Positions 49,037-59,438 of a stretch of DNA of 64,000 bases are shown here, piece after piece (position 1 is the first letter of the stretch; each line of letters begins with the position of its first letter). The stretch spans positions 954,272 to 1,018,271 of the forward strand of contig OY970204.1 in the NCBI GenBank assembly GCA_963708315.1, written 5' to 3'. Under the pieces are notes generated by a model that did no database searches, was not told where the DNA came from, and worked only from the letters and a program-made list of their open reading frames with translations. The stretch comes from an uncultured Solirubrobacterales bacterium (lineage in GTDB: Bacteria > Actinomycetota > Thermoleophilia > Solirubrobacterales > Solirubrobacteraceae). A program made the position numbers and the translations under genes.

Positions 49037-50233
49037 ATGAGCACCCTCAGCCCAATCAAACCGCCCGAGCAGGCGCCGGCCGTCTCCTCGCCACGCGCCG
49101 TGACGCTCCCGCTGGATCCGTTGCTGACACTTGCCGTGATCGGCCTCGCGATCGCCTCGGTAATGACGCTCGGCGCCGCCACCCGCAACGTCGTGCCCGG
49201 TGACCCCGGCTACTACGTGAACCGCCAGGTCGTCTACCTCGTGCTAGGAGGGCTGCTGATGCTCGTGCTCGCGCGCGTGGACTACGCCCGCCTGCGGCCC
49301 CTGAAAACCGCGATCTACGCGCTGCTGATGGCGAGCATCCTGGCGGTGCTCGCGGTCGGTCATGCCGCCAAAGGCTCTCAGCGGGCGATCAGCCTGCCGT
49401 TCTTCTCCTTTCAGGCATCCGAGCTCGGCAAGGTGCTGCTGATCGTCGCGCTCTCAGCGCTCGTGGTCGATCGCGCGCGGCGGCTGCGCGAGCGCGACAC
49501 GACCGCGCGGGTGATGCTCGCGGCGCTCGTGCCGGCGATGTTCGTGATCGCCCAGCCCGACCTCGGCTCGGGCATGGTCTACATGGTGATCGCGTTCGTG
49601 CTGCTGCTCGTGGCGGGCACGCCTGGACGCCAGCTCGTCGGCCTGTTGGCGCTCGTCGCGGTATCGCTGACGATCGTGCTCGTGGCCGCTCCCGCGGCCG
49701 GGGTGCACGTGCTCAAGACCTATGAGACCGAACGACTGACCGCGTTTCTGCACCCCTCGACCGATCCGCGGAAAGAGGGCTACCAGCAGGAGGAGTCGAA
49801 GATAGCGATCGGCTCCGGTCAGAAGACCGGGCGCGGCTCAGACGCCACCCAGATTCGCTTGAACTTCGTGCCCGAGGATCACACCGACTTCGTGTTCGCC
49901 GCCGTCGGCGAGCAGTACGGGTTCGTGGGGGCCGGGCTCGTGCTGTGCCTGTATGCGCTGTTGATCTGGCGCACGCTGCGCATTCTGACGATGTCCAAGG
50001 ACCTGTTCGGGTCACTTCTCGCTGCCGGAGTAGCGGCTATGCTGATGTTTCAAGTGTTTGTAAACGTGGGAATGACCATTGGGATCATGCCCATCACCGG
50101 CGTCACGCTGCCCCTGATGAGCTATGGCGGCTCGTCGGTGATCACAACGCTTCTGGCCGTAGGTCTGCTGCAGTCAATCTACGTCAGGGCGCGCGCCTCG
50201 GCTGCGCTGAAGGGCCGCGTGCCACTTTATTAG
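49037..50233 (+). CDS. rodA: SEDS peptidoglycan polymerase RodA
   Basis: FQASE, QPDLG, GYQ...S..AIGSG, PEDHTDF, PITGVTLPLMSYGGSS. Confidence 0.93.
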   Translation: MSTLSPIKPPEQAPAVSSPRAVTLPLDPLLTLAVIGLAIASVMTLGAATRNVVPGDPGYYVNRQVVYLVLGGLLMLVLARVDYARLRPLKTAIYALLMASILAVLAVGHAAKGSQRAISLPFFSFQASELGKVLLIVALSALVVDRARRLRERDTTARVMLAALVPAMFVIAQPDLGSGMVYMVIAFVLLLVAGTPGRQLVGLLALVAVSLTIVLVAAPAAGVHVLKTYETERLTAFLHPSTDPRKEGYQQEESKIAIGSGQKTGRGSDATQIRLNFVPEDHTDFVFAAVGEQYGFVGAGLVLCLYALLIWRTLRILTMSKDLFGSLLAAGVAAMLMFQVFVNVGMTIGIMPITGVTLPLMSYGGSSVITTLLAVGLLQSIYVRARASAALKGRVPLY

Positions 50234-50263
50234 ACATGACAATTATAAGACTGGATCGAAAAA

Positions 50264-52363
50264 TTGAAAAAGCAAGTGCTTGTCAGCGTCGACCGCGCGG
50301 AGACGCGCGTCGCGCTGCTGGAGGCGACCGGAGTACCGGGCGCCGCGAAGTCCTCCTCATCCCGCGCCCGCAGCAAGGGCTCAGGCAAACCGGGGGCCGG
50401 CTATCGGATAGCTGAGCTGTATATCGAGCGCCGCGGCGGGCGCTCGATCGTGGGCAACATCTACAAGGGCAAGGTCGACAACGTCCTGCCCGGCCTGGAG
50501 GCCGCGTTCGTCGACATCGGCCTGGAGAAGAACGGCTTTTTGCACGTCGATGAGATCGTGCTCCCGGGCGTGGATGTCGGCCGACGCGGACGCGGCGGCG
50601 GGCACAAGATCGCCGAGCTGCTCAAACCCGGGCAGGAGATCGTCGTGCAGGTCATCAAGGACCCCTTGAAGACGAAGGGCGCGCGCCTGTCGATGGAGCT
50701 GACAATCGCCGGGCGCTACATGGTCTATGCCCCCACCGGCGAGGGCATCGGCGTCTCGCGGCGCCTGGAGGACAAAGAGCGCGAGCGGTTGCGCCGTCAG
50801 ACGGCCAAACTCGACCTCGGCGGCGGCGGAGCGATCGTCCGGACGGCCGCGCATGGAGCCAAACGCGAGGACTTCGAGCGCGAGCTCAAGTACCTGCACA
50901 AGCTGCATGAGGTGCTCGTCAAACGCGTGCAGGATACGCAGGCGCCTGATCTCGTCTTTCAGGAGGCGGACCTGTCCGTGCGCGTCGTACGTGACATCTT
51001 CTCCGAGCACTTCGAGCGCGCGATCGTCGACGACGAGCAGCAGCACCACCGGCTCGTGTCGTTCTTCGCGCGCACCGCTCCTGAGCTGGTCGAGCGGGTC
51101 GAGCTGTGGGAGGAGAAGGACCAGAATAAGCCCCTGTTCGAGGCTTACGGCGTCGACACGGCGATCGAAGGCGTGATGTCCCGGCGCGTGGATTTGCCCA
51201 GCGGGGGCTACCTGATCATCGACTACGCCGAGGCACTGACGGTGATCGACGTCAACTCCGGCAGCTTCATCGGCCGCGGCAAAGGCGCTGCGCTCGAGGA
51301 CACGATCACCAAGACCAACCTCGAGGCGGCCGAGGAGGTCGTCAACCAGCTGCGCCTGCGCGACATCGGCGGGATCATCGTGATCGACTTCATCGACATG
51401 GCCCGCGCGCGCAACCGCGACGCGGTCATGAAGACGCTGCGCAAGACCCTCGACGAGGACCGCACGAAGACGTTCACCGCCGAGATATCCAAGCTCGGCC
51501 TGGTCGAGATGACTCGCCAGAACGTGACCGAGGGCGTGCGCGAGATCATGAGCCGGCCCTGTCCCACGTGTGAGGGCGAGGGCACGATCAAGAGTGAGGA
51601 GACGATCGCGATCGAGTTCGAGCGCCGCCTGCGCGACGTGGCCATCGAGCACTCTGACGCCGACGCGCTGCTCGTGCAGATGAACCCGCGCGTGTCCACC
51701 CAGTTCACCGGGCACGGCTCGCGCGTGCTGCACGCGCTGGAGGCCCAGACCGGCAAGTCGTTCCTGTTCGAGGGCTCCGAGGGTCTCACGCTCGACCACT
51801 TCGCGATCACGTTCGCCGGCACCCGCGAGGAGGTCGAGGAGCGCGCGCTACCGTTCCGTCAGGGCGATGAGGTGCTCGTCGAGATCGTCGAGCCGCACAT
51901 GTACGACGTCGACGACGCCGTCGCCAAAATCGACGGCTACATCATCTCGATCGCCGGCGCCGCCGTGCACGTGGGCGAGAAGCGGATGGTCCGCATCGAC
52001 CAGGTTGGGCGCACCGCCGCCAGTGCGCTCTTGCTGGACGAGTCCGGGGAGGTCATCACGCCTGCGCCGCGCCCGCCCGCCCCGGCCAAACGCAGGCCGA
52101 GGAAACGGACGCCCTCCAAAGCCGACACGGGTGGGTCCGCGCCCAACGCCGCCAAGCCCAAGTCCGACGCGGCCGAGCCCGTGCAGAGCGACGGCGCGGC
52201 GCCGGAGCCCGCGGATGCGCCGGACACCGCGCCCAGCGAGCCGGCGGACGGCAGCGAGGATGCCGTACAATCCAAACCTCGGCGTCGTGGCCGCAGGGGC
52301 GGGCGACGCCGTTCGGCTGCCAAGGCCAAGGCCGGAGCGGCCGAGGCGGGCACGGAGTCATAG
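50264..52363 (+). CDS. rng: Rne/Rng-family ribonuclease with C-terminal TRAM-like domain and disordered tail
   Basis: GNIYKGKV, AAFVDIG, EALTVIDVNSG, LRDIGGIIVIDFIDM, CPTCEG; TTG start. Confidence 0.92.
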   Translation: MKKQVLVSVDRAETRVALLEATGVPGAAKSSSSRARSKGSGKPGAGYRIAELYIERRGGRSIVGNIYKGKVDNVLPGLEAAFVDIGLEKNGFLHVDEIVLPGVDVGRRGRGGGHKIAELLKPGQEIVVQVIKDPLKTKGARLSMELTIAGRYMVYAPTGEGIGVSRRLEDKERERLRRQTAKLDLGGGGAIVRTAAHGAKREDFERELKYLHKLHEVLVKRVQDTQAPDLVFQEADLSVRVVRDIFSEHFERAIVDDEQQHHRLVSFFARTAPELVERVELWEEKDQNKPLFEAYGVDTAIEGVMSRRVDLPSGGYLIIDYAEALTVIDVNSGSFIGRGKGAALEDTITKTNLEAAEEVVNQLRLRDIGGIIVIDFIDMARARNRDAVMKTLRKTLDEDRTKTFTAEISKLGLVEMTRQNVTEGVREIMSRPCPTCEGEGTIKSEETIAIEFERRLRDVAIEHSDADALLVQMNPRVSTQFTGHGSRVLHALEAQTGKSFLFEGSEGLTLDHFAITFAGTREEVEERALPFRQGDEVLVEIVEPHMYDVDDAVAKIDGYIISIAGAAVHVGEKRMVRIDQVGRTAASALLLDESGEVITPAPRPPAPAKRRPRKRTPSKADTGGSAPNAAKPKSDAAEPVQSDGAAPEPADAPDTAPSEPADGSEDAVQSKPRRRGRRGGRRRSAAKAKAGAAEAGTES

Positions 52364-52395
52364 CACCAGCATCGAAAGGCAGCGGCTGAATCGGT

Positions 52396-52944
52396 ATGTA
52401 TGCGATCGTAAAGACAGGCGGCAAGCAGTACCGCGTCGAGCGCGGCCAGCGACTGCTGGTCGAGCGCTTGCCCGCCGCCGAGGGTGAGAGCGTGGCACTG
52501 GAGCCGATCCTGTATCGCTCCGATGAGGCCGTGTTCGACAAGACCGGCCTGGCGAAGGTCAAGGTCACCGCCAAGGTGATTGCGCACGAGCGCGGCGAGA
52601 AGCTGCGCGTGTTCAAGTTCAAGCCCAAGCGCGGTTACAAGCGCCGCACCGGCCACCGCCAGGAGCTGACCCGGATCGAGGTCACCGAGCTGGCGCTAAG
52701 CGGGGGCTCCCGCGCCAAAGCCGCGAAAGAGCCCGTCGTCGCCGCGCCCACGGAGGCGACCGCTGCACCGGCGGCCGCGGAGCCCGCTGGCGAGAAAGCC
52801 GCGTCGGCGAAAGCGAGGACCGCGAAACCCGCCGCTGCCAAACCGGCGCCTGCCAAAGCCGCCGCCACCAAACCCGCGGCTGCCAAAAAAGCCCCCGCCA
52901 AACCGAAAAAAGCCGTGAGCAAGGAGACCGACGATGGCTCATAA
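52396..52944 (+). CDS. rplU: 50S ribosomal protein bL21 with Ala/Lys/Pro-rich extension
   Basis: [21 protein letters not shown]. Confidence 0.95.
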   Translation: MYAIVKTGGKQYRVERGQRLLVERLPAAEGESVALEPILYRSDEAVFDKTGLAKVKVTAKVIAHERGEKLRVFKFKPKRGYKRRTGHRQELTRIEVTELALSGGSRAKAAKEPVVAAPTEATAAPAAAEPAGEKAASAKARTAKPAAAKPAPAKAAATKPAAAKKAPAKPKKAVSKETDDGS

Positions 52945-53194
52945 GAAGGGGCTCGGATCCAGCCGCAACGGGCGCGACTCAAACGCCCAGCGACTAGGCG
53001 TCAAGACTTTCGCCGGTCAGACCGTCACCGGCGGAGAGATCATCGTGCGCCAGCGCGGCACCAAATTCAAGCCAGGCGCCGGCGTCGGCATCGGCAAGGA
53101 CGACACGCTCTACGCGCGCGCCGCCGGCACCGTCCAGTTCACCACCGGACGACGCGGACGCGTCGTCAGCGTCCTCGCCGCCGGCGAGAGCTGA
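52934..53194 (+). CDS. rpmA: 50S ribosomal protein bL27
   Basis: [30 protein letters not shown]. Confidence 0.97.
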   Translation: MAHKKGLGSSRNGRDSNAQRLGVKTFAGQTVTGGEIIVRQRGTKFKPGAGVGIGKDDTLYARAAGTVQFTTGRRGRVVSVLAAGES

Positions 53195-53224
53195 GCCCGG
53201 TCCCGTCCCTTTTGGGGGGCGAGC

Positions 53225-54607
53225 ATGCACGACCGCGCGCGAATCCACGTTCAGGCCGGCGCCGGGGGCGACGGTTGCATGAGCTTTCGCCGCGAAGCCA
53301 AGGTCCCGCGTGGCGGGCCCGACGGCGGCGACGGCGGACGCGGGGGAGAGGTGGTGCTCGTGTGCGACTCCTCGCTGCGCGACCTGCACTCCTTTCGGCG
53401 TCGAGCCCAGTATCACGCCGGGCGGGGCGGACATGGTCAGGGCGCCCTCAAGCACGGCGCCGACGGCGAGACCCTGACGATCCGCGTGCCCCCCGGCACC
53501 GAAGCCCGTGGCGAGGGAGATGGCGGCGGAGACGATGACCTCAGCGGCTGTCGCTGGGAGCTGCTCGCCCACGGCCAGCGCGCCACGATCGCGCGCGGCG
53601 GCTCAGGCGGGCGCGGCAACAAGCGCTTCGCCACCCCGACCCGCCAGGCACCGCGGTTCGCCGAGCGCGGTCTCTCCGGCGAGGAGGGTTGGATCGAGCT
53701 GCAACTGCGACTGCTTGCCGACGTCGGCCTCGTCGGGCTCCCCAACGCCGGCAAGTCCTCGCTCGTTTCACGCCTGACCCGTGCCGCGCCCAAGATCGCC
53801 AGCTACCCCTTCACGACACTCTCGCCGGTGTTGGGGGTGCTCGAAGACGAGTACGAGCGCCGTCAGCTGATCGTCGCCGACATCCCCGGGCTGATCGAGG
53901 GCGCAAGTGAGGGCGCGGGGCTCGGACACGACTTCCTCGCCCACGTCGAGCGCACGCGTCTGCTCGTGCACGTGCTCGACATCGCCCCCGAGCTCTCCGG
54001 GGCCGAGGACGCCGATCCGGTCTCAAACCATGCCGCGATCGAGCACGAGCTGGCCGCGCACGACGAGCGCCTCGTGCGCCTGCCGCGCGTGCTCGTGCTC
54101 TCCAAGGTCGATCTCGTCGCTCCCGAGCGCGCGCGAGAGGCCGTGATCGAGTGGCAGGAGAGGCTCGGACCGGACGTGCCCGTGCTGGGGACCTCCAGCG
54201 CCACCCGCGCGGGCGTGCGCGAGCTCGGCGAGCTGCTGTTGCGGATCGTGCCCGACGCGGCATCCGCGCAGGGCGACGACGCGGGCGATGCCTCTTCCTC
54301 CATCTCCACGGACACGGTCGAGGAGGAGCTCGCCGAGCACATGGTCTTCCGGCCCGGCGCGCGCGACGGCGGGCGCGGATACGTGGTCGAACAGCTCGGA
54401 CCGGGCTCCTTCGCCGTGGGCGGCCGCGGCGTAGAGCGTCTCCTGAGTCGATACGACGTCAACAACGAGGACGCCCTCGCCTACGTCGAGGAACGCCTAC
54501 GCAAGATCGGCGTGCTCGACGCGCTGGAGCGCGAGGGGTTCGTCGCGGGGGATGAGGTTCGCATCGCGGGGGTCGTGTTCGAGCTGGACCCGGAGATGTC
54601 GGCATGA
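53225..54607 (+). CDS. obgE: GTPase ObgE
   Basis: GGPDGGDGGRGG, GLPNAGKS, YPFTT, DIPGLIEGA, C-terminal OCT domain. Confidence 0.95.
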   Translation: MHDRARIHVQAGAGGDGCMSFRREAKVPRGGPDGGDGGRGGEVVLVCDSSLRDLHSFRRRAQYHAGRGGHGQGALKHGADGETLTIRVPPGTEARGEGDGGGDDDLSGCRWELLAHGQRATIARGGSGGRGNKRFATPTRQAPRFAERGLSGEEGWIELQLRLLADVGLVGLPNAGKSSLVSRLTRAAPKIASYPFTTLSPVLGVLEDEYERRQLIVADIPGLIEGASEGAGLGHDFLAHVERTRLLVHVLDIAPELSGAEDADPVSNHAAIEHELAAHDERLVRLPRVLVLSKVDLVAPERAREAVIEWQERLGPDVPVLGTSSATRAGVRELGELLLRIVPDAASAQGDDAGDASSSISTDTVEEELAEHMVFRPGARDGGRGYVVEQLGPGSFAVGGRGVERLLSRYDVNNEDALAYVEERLRKIGVLDALEREGFVAGDEVRIAGVVFELDPEMSA

Positions 54608-54661
54608 TCTGGTTGAATACAAAGCGATGCATACGAACGGGAGCAAGTCGGCAGGACTAAA

Positions 54662-54686
54662 ACAACCTTTGGGTTATAATAGGGGC
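54662..54686 (+). promoter_or_regulatory. Leaderless promoter with overlapping operator
   Basis: TATAAT (54675-54680) 6 nt before ATG; imperfect inverted repeat ACAACC-TTTG-GGTTAT overlapping it. Confidence 0.6.
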
Positions 54687-55025
54687 ATGTCCGAGTCAGC
54701 AGCGCTTCTTAAGCAGGCCCGTCGTCAGGCCGGTCTCACCCAGGCGGAGCTCGCCCATCACATGGGAGTCAGCCAGGCGGCCGTCGCCAAGCTGGAGCGG
54801 CCGGGGGCCAATCCAACCGTGGACACGCTGGATGCCGCGCTCTGGGCGACCGGACATAGCCTCGTGCTGGAAGCGCCTGTTCGGCGTCCGGGCGTCGACG
54901 AGAGCCTGATCCGCCAGCACCTGGAACTGCCCCCAGTCGAGCGGCTGCGTGGCATCGAAACGATGTACGCAGAGGCTCGCGCACTTGCCCTCGCTGGAGC
55001 CAGGAGTCGTGGTGAACGCGCCTGA
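54687..55025 (+). CDS. XRE-family HTH protein, putative antitoxin
   Basis: ARRQAGLTQAELA...GVSQAAVAKLE...NPTVDTL; GVDESLIR..L.L.P.ERL. Confidence 0.8.
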   Translation: MSESAALLKQARRQAGLTQAELAHHMGVSQAAVAKLERPGANPTVDTLDAALWATGHSLVLEAPVRRPGVDESLIRQHLELPPVERLRGIETMYAEARALALAGARSRGERA

Positions 55026-55542
55026 GCGTCGGTGGGACTATCCAGAACTCCGGCTGCGCGTACTGCTGCGCCGGCTGACAGAGGGCGGGGTGGACTTCGT
55101 GGTTATCGGTGGCGTTGCGGTGATCTTCCAGGCCAGTCCTCGCCTTACGAAGGACCTCGACATCTCCTACGACCTCGCTCAGGAAAATCTTGACCGCCTC
55201 GGGGCGGTGCTGGTCGAGCTTGGGGCAAAGCTGCGAGCAGTCGAGGAGGATCTGCCGTTCGTGCCGGACGGACGCACGCTCCGACAGGCCGAGATTCTGA
55301 CTCTGACGACGCCCGACGGAGGGATTGATCTGCTCGTCAAACCGGATGGCTCTCCGGGTTATGCCGCCCTGCGGCGTCGGGCGAGTCAGATAGATGTCGA
55401 GGGCATCACGGTACGCGTTGCCTCGATCGACGACCTGATCTCGATGAAGCGCGCCGCCGGCCGTCCGCAGGATCTAGTCGACATCGAATCGCTGGAAATA
55501 GCTCGCCGGCGTACGCGATCGCGTCGAGGCGCGTCTGACTGA
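55012..55542 (+). CDS. Nucleotidyltransferase-fold protein (AbiEii/DUF6036-like), putative toxin
   Basis: FVVIGGVAV, R.TKDLD, IDLL, LISMK...GRPQDL.D; overlaps the XRE gene. Confidence 0.75.
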   Translation: MNAPERRWDYPELRLRVLLRRLTEGGVDFVVIGGVAVIFQASPRLTKDLDISYDLAQENLDRLGAVLVELGAKLRAVEEDLPFVPDGRTLRQAEILTLTTPDGGIDLLVKPDGSPGYAALRRRASQIDVEGITVRVASIDDLISMKRAAGRPQDLVDIESLEIARRRTRSRRGASD

Positions 55543-55724
55543 CCGTTGTTCGAGTTCGTCCCCGCCCCCGCGTTTCTGAACGGGACCGAAAAGATTCGTG
55601 TGCACCGCCCGAAGTAGGTGGGCGTCGCTACGCCCGCTGACGCCGGGACTCAGCTCGCCCCACCCCTCCACCACCTGGCGCGCACACGCCACCCGCATAA
55701 CGACCGTCTACGCTGCGTACCGCC

Positions 55725-56822
55725 ATGAAACGTGTAGTCATCAAGCTCGGTTCCTCCGTCGTCGCTGACTCCGACGGCGAGCTGCGCGAGGACGCCCTCG
55801 CGCGCGTGTGCGACGCCGCCGCCGAGCTGCATCGTGGCGGCGATGAGGCGATCCTAGTGACCAGCGGGGCGATCGCGCGGGGCATGCGCACGATGGGGCT
55901 GCCTCAGCGTCCGAGCGCGATCGGCGAGCTGCAGGCCGCCAGCGCCGTCGGGCAGGGCAAGCTGTATCGCGTCTACGACGAGCTGTTGCGCGACCGCGAT
56001 GTGACCAGCGCCCAGGTGCTGCTGACGTTCTTCGACATGTCCGCGCGCACCCACTACCTGAACGCGCGCCAGACGCTCGCGACGTTGCTCCAGTGGCGGG
56101 TGCTGCCTGTCATCAACGAGAACGACACCACCGCCACCGACGAGATCTCCTTCGGCGACAATGACTTTCTCGCCGCCCAGGTTGCCGTGCTGATCGGCGC
56201 CGACGAGCTGATCCTGCTGACCGACATCGATGGGCTGTTCACCGCCGATCCGCGCCTGCGCTCCGACGCGCGGCTGATCGATGAGGTCACCGAGTTCGCC
56301 GCCCTGGACGAGCTCGACATCGGCCACACGACCTCCCCGTTGGGCTCGGGCGGGATGCGCTCTAAGGTCGTCGCCGCCGACATGGCCACCGCCGCGGGGA
56401 TCGCGACGACGATCTGCAACGGCCTGGACGAGAACGCGCTGCGCACGGTGCTCGCGGGCGGACGCGCCGGGACGCGGTTTCAGGCGCGCGAGGCCCGCTA
56501 CTCCTCCTTCAAGCTGTGGCTCAAGTACGCCCGCCCCGCGCGGGGCACGCTTACGATCGACGCCGGCGCCGCGCGTGCCGTACGCGAGGGCAGCGCCAGC
56601 CTGCTGCCGGTCGGCGTCGTCGCCGTCGACGGCGAGTTCGACGCGGGCGATGCGGTCGAGATCGCAGTGCGCGACCGAGACGGCGCGATCGGCAAGGGCA
56701 TCTGCAACTACTCCGCGCCCGAGCTGCGCCAGGTGATGGGGATGCAGTCCACGGCAGTGCGCGAGCTTTTGCCGCGTGCGACCGATGAGGCCGTGCATCG
56801 GGACTATCTAGTGCTCGACTGA
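55725..56822 (+). CDS. proB: Glutamate 5-kinase with PUA domain
   Basis: VIKLGSS, VTSGAI, VGQ, INEND, FGDND, GSGGMRSK. Confidence 0.95.
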   Translation: MKRVVIKLGSSVVADSDGELREDALARVCDAAAELHRGGDEAILVTSGAIARGMRTMGLPQRPSAIGELQAASAVGQGKLYRVYDELLRDRDVTSAQVLLTFFDMSARTHYLNARQTLATLLQWRVLPVINENDTTATDEISFGDNDFLAAQVAVLIGADELILLTDIDGLFTADPRLRSDARLIDEVTEFAALDELDIGHTTSPLGSGGMRSKVVAADMATAAGIATTICNGLDENALRTVLAGGRAGTRFQAREARYSSFKLWLKYARPARGTLTIDAGAARAVREGSASLLPVGVVAVDGEFDAGDAVEIAVRDRDGAIGKGICNYSAPELRQVMGMQSTAVRELLPRATDEAVHRDYLVLD

Positions 56823-56840
56823 GCCCCTACCCTTAGAGCG

Positions 56841-58148
56841 ATGGCAACAGCCGTAACCTCATCCGTCGGGGATATTTGCCGCTCGGCTCGACGCGCCGCG
56901 CGCGAGCTCGCCCAGATCGACACCGCGCGCAAGGACGCCGCTCTCTCGGGGATCGCGCATGCGCTGATCGAGCGCACCGATGAGATCCTCACGGCGAACG
57001 CCCTCGACATGCAGTCCGGGCGCGAGTCGGGCCTCAGCGACGCGCTGCTTGACAGGCTCGCGCTTAACGAGACCCGGATCGCGCAGATCGCGGGCGCCGT
57101 GCAGGACATCGTCGCGCTGCCTGATCCTGTCGGTGAGACGGTCGAGGGCCGGCGTCTGCCCAGCGGGTTGGACATTCGCCGAGTGCGCGTGCCGCTGGGC
57201 GTCGTCGCAGTCGTGTATGAGGCGCGGCCCAACGTCACGATCGACGCGACCGCGCTGTGTCTGAAGTCGGGCAACGCGATCGTCCTGCGCGGGTCCTCCA
57301 CCGCGGCTCACTCAAATGCCTCGCTCGCCCAGATCGCCGCCGAGGCCGCCGTCGCCGCGGGATTGCCCGAGGGGTGCATCGGCCTCATCTCCGGCGGCGG
57401 ACGCGAGGAGCTCGCGCAGCTGGCGACCCAACAGGACACCGTCGATCTGATCATCCCTCGCGGTGGCGAGGGTCTGAAGTCCGCTTTGCAGGAGGTGGCC
57501 ACGGTGCCCGTCATTTACGCAGCCTCGGGCAACTGTCACGTTTACGTCGATGCCACCGCCGACCTGGAGCAGGCACAAGCGATCGTGCTGAATGCCAAGA
57601 CCCAGCGCCCGGGAGTGTGCAACGCCGCTGAGACGCTGCTCGTGCACCACGATGTCGTCGCCGACCTGATGCCGGACCTGCTGCGCGCGCTCGGTGAGGA
57701 GGGCGTGCTCGTGCGCGCCGATGAGCGCATATGGGCACTCGCGTCATGCTTCACACCCGGGGAGCTTGCGGTCGGAGAGCCCCTGGGTGTGGTCATGGAG
57801 CCTGCGAGCGAGGAGGACTGGGCCACTGAGTACCTGGCGTTGACCCTCGCCGTCGGCGTGGTCGACTCGGTGGAGGAGGCGATCGAGCACATCTCCCGCT
57901 ACGGGTCGGGACACTCCGAGGCGATCCTCACGCGCGATACCGACGCCGCGCGCGCCTTCCAGCTGGGAGTCGACGCCGCGTGCGTGTACGTGAACGCCTC
58001 GACCCGTTTCACTGACGGGGGCGAGTTTGGGATGGGCGCGGAGATCGGCAACTCGACCCAGAAGCTGCACGCGCGCGGGCCGATCGGACTGCGTGAGCTG
58101 TGCACCTACAAGTATCTCGTCACGGGCGACGGACACGTCCGCGACTGA
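56841..58148 (+). CDS. proA: Gamma-glutamyl phosphate reductase
   Basis: YEARPNVT, IPRGG, GNCHVY, CNAAETLL, VNASTRFTDG, KLHARGP. Confidence 0.96.
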   Translation: MATAVTSSVGDICRSARRAARELAQIDTARKDAALSGIAHALIERTDEILTANALDMQSGRESGLSDALLDRLALNETRIAQIAGAVQDIVALPDPVGETVEGRRLPSGLDIRRVRVPLGVVAVVYEARPNVTIDATALCLKSGNAIVLRGSSTAAHSNASLAQIAAEAAVAAGLPEGCIGLISGGGREELAQLATQQDTVDLIIPRGGEGLKSALQEVATVPVIYAASGNCHVYVDATADLEQAQAIVLNAKTQRPGVCNAAETLLVHHDVVADLMPDLLRALGEEGVLVRADERIWALASCFTPGELAVGEPLGVVMEPASEEDWATEYLALTLAVGVVDSVEEAIEHISRYGSGHSEAILTRDTDAARAFQLGVDAACVYVNASTRFTDGGEFGMGAEIGNSTQKLHARGPIGLRELCTYKYLVTGDGHVRD

Positions 58149-58157
58149 ACGACCCCT

Positions 58158-58817
58158 GTGGAGCGCATCGGCATCCTCGGCGGGACGTTCAACCCGCCGC
58201 ACATCGGGCACGTCGCACTGGCGCGTCACGCGCGCTCGGAGCTTGACTTGGAGCGGGTACTGCTGATGCCGGCATACATTGCGCCGAACAAGCCGACGGT
58301 CGGAGACGACCCAGGTCCCGCCCATCGCCTGCAGATGTGCCGCCTCGCGGTCGCGGACGAGCCCGGCCTGGAGTCCTCGGCGCTGGAGATGGAACGTGGG
58401 GGAACGTCCTATACCGTGGATACCGTGCAAGCCATCCATGACGCCCATCCCGACGCCGAGCTGACGCTGATCGTGGGAGCCGACACCGCGCGCACACTGC
58501 CCGGCTGGCGCGAACCGGCGCGGTTGCTGGGGATGGTGACGCGCCTCGCGGTAGCTGAGCGCGACGAGTTGAACTTGCACGACGTGGGCTTGGAGTTGGC
58601 CTCCCTGGCGCCGGCGTCAGGACCGGGCTCTCCACCACGCGTGACATCGTTGGGAATGGCTCCCCTCGCGGCGTCCTCATCGGCAGTGCGTCATCTGATC
58701 GCCGCCGGTGAGCCCGTCACCGAGCTGGTAGGGGAGACGGTCGCCGGCTACATCGCCGAGCACGGTCTCTACCGCATGGCGGACGCTTCCTCGCCCGCGA
58801 CCGGCGGTGCGGCGTGA
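58158..58817 (+). CDS. nadD: Nicotinate-nucleotide adenylyltransferase
   Basis: GGTFNPPHIGH, SYTVDT, GAD, SSS.VR, YI..HGLY. Confidence 0.92.
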   Translation: MERIGILGGTFNPPHIGHVALARHARSELDLERVLLMPAYIAPNKPTVGDDPGPAHRLQMCRLAVADEPGLESSALEMERGGTSYTVDTVQAIHDAHPDAELTLIVGADTARTLPGWREPARLLGMVTRLAVAERDELNLHDVGLELASLAPASGPGSPPRVTSLGMAPLAASSSAVRHLIAAGEPVTELVGETVAGYIAEHGLYRMADASSPATGGAA

Positions 58818-59230
58818 GCGTCGAAGGGTCCGTCCCGGGGCGGGGATCGCAGCCGGACGGGGAGTCCACCGAGTCGCCGCGCTCGCAGGTGCTGCTCGAT
58901 GAGATCGCGCGGTATGCGACCGACAAGAAGGCCGGCGAGGTGGTCGAGCTCGACCTGCGCGACGTGCTCGGCTACACCGACTGGTTTCTGATCTGCACGG
59001 GCAACACCGAGCGCCAGACCAAAGCGATCCACGACGGCATCCTCGAAGGGTGCAAGCGCGAGCACGGCACGCTCCCGCGCCGCGTCGAGGGTTTCAGCAA
59101 GGGCGACTGGATACTGATGGACTACCTCGACGTCGTCGTGCACATTTTTACCCCCGCCACGCGCGAGTACTACCGGCTGGAGCAGCTGTGGGGCGAGGTT
59201 CCCGCCCGTGCTGCCGGCGGCGAGGCGTAG
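58814..59230 (+). CDS. rsfS: Ribosome silencing factor
   Basis: DKKA, DWFLICTG, WILMDY.DVVVHIF...REYY.LE.LW. Confidence 0.93.
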   Translation: MSVEGSVPGRGSQPDGESTESPRSQVLLDEIARYATDKKAGEVVELDLRDVLGYTDWFLICTGNTERQTKAIHDGILEGCKREHGTLPRRVEGFSKGDWILMDYLDVVVHIFTPATREYYRLEQLWGEVPARAAGGEA

Positions 59231-59438
59231 TCCGCCCGCTGTCGTCGCAGTCGACGCCGCCGTAGATCGACTGGCTTGGAATCCGCGGCGAGCGCTTTGG
59301 CGTATCGAGGCGGCTGGTGAAGCTGGAAACAGTTCCCAACATCTGTCCAGTTTCTATTGATTAGACTTTCCTGCCGAGGTAGGGTCGCGCTGACAGCGCC
59401 CGCGGTGAGCGCGGTGCGCACTCTGGAGGGAGATCAGC

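Noticed and set aside
55543-55724. T-box or attenuator upstream of proB
   Set aside because: No T-box consensus or leader peptide found
59231-59438. tRNA gene or att site after rsfS
   Set aside because: No cloverleaf, T-loop GTTCRA or CCA end recognisable; no tRNA or rRNA genes were seen anywhere in the window
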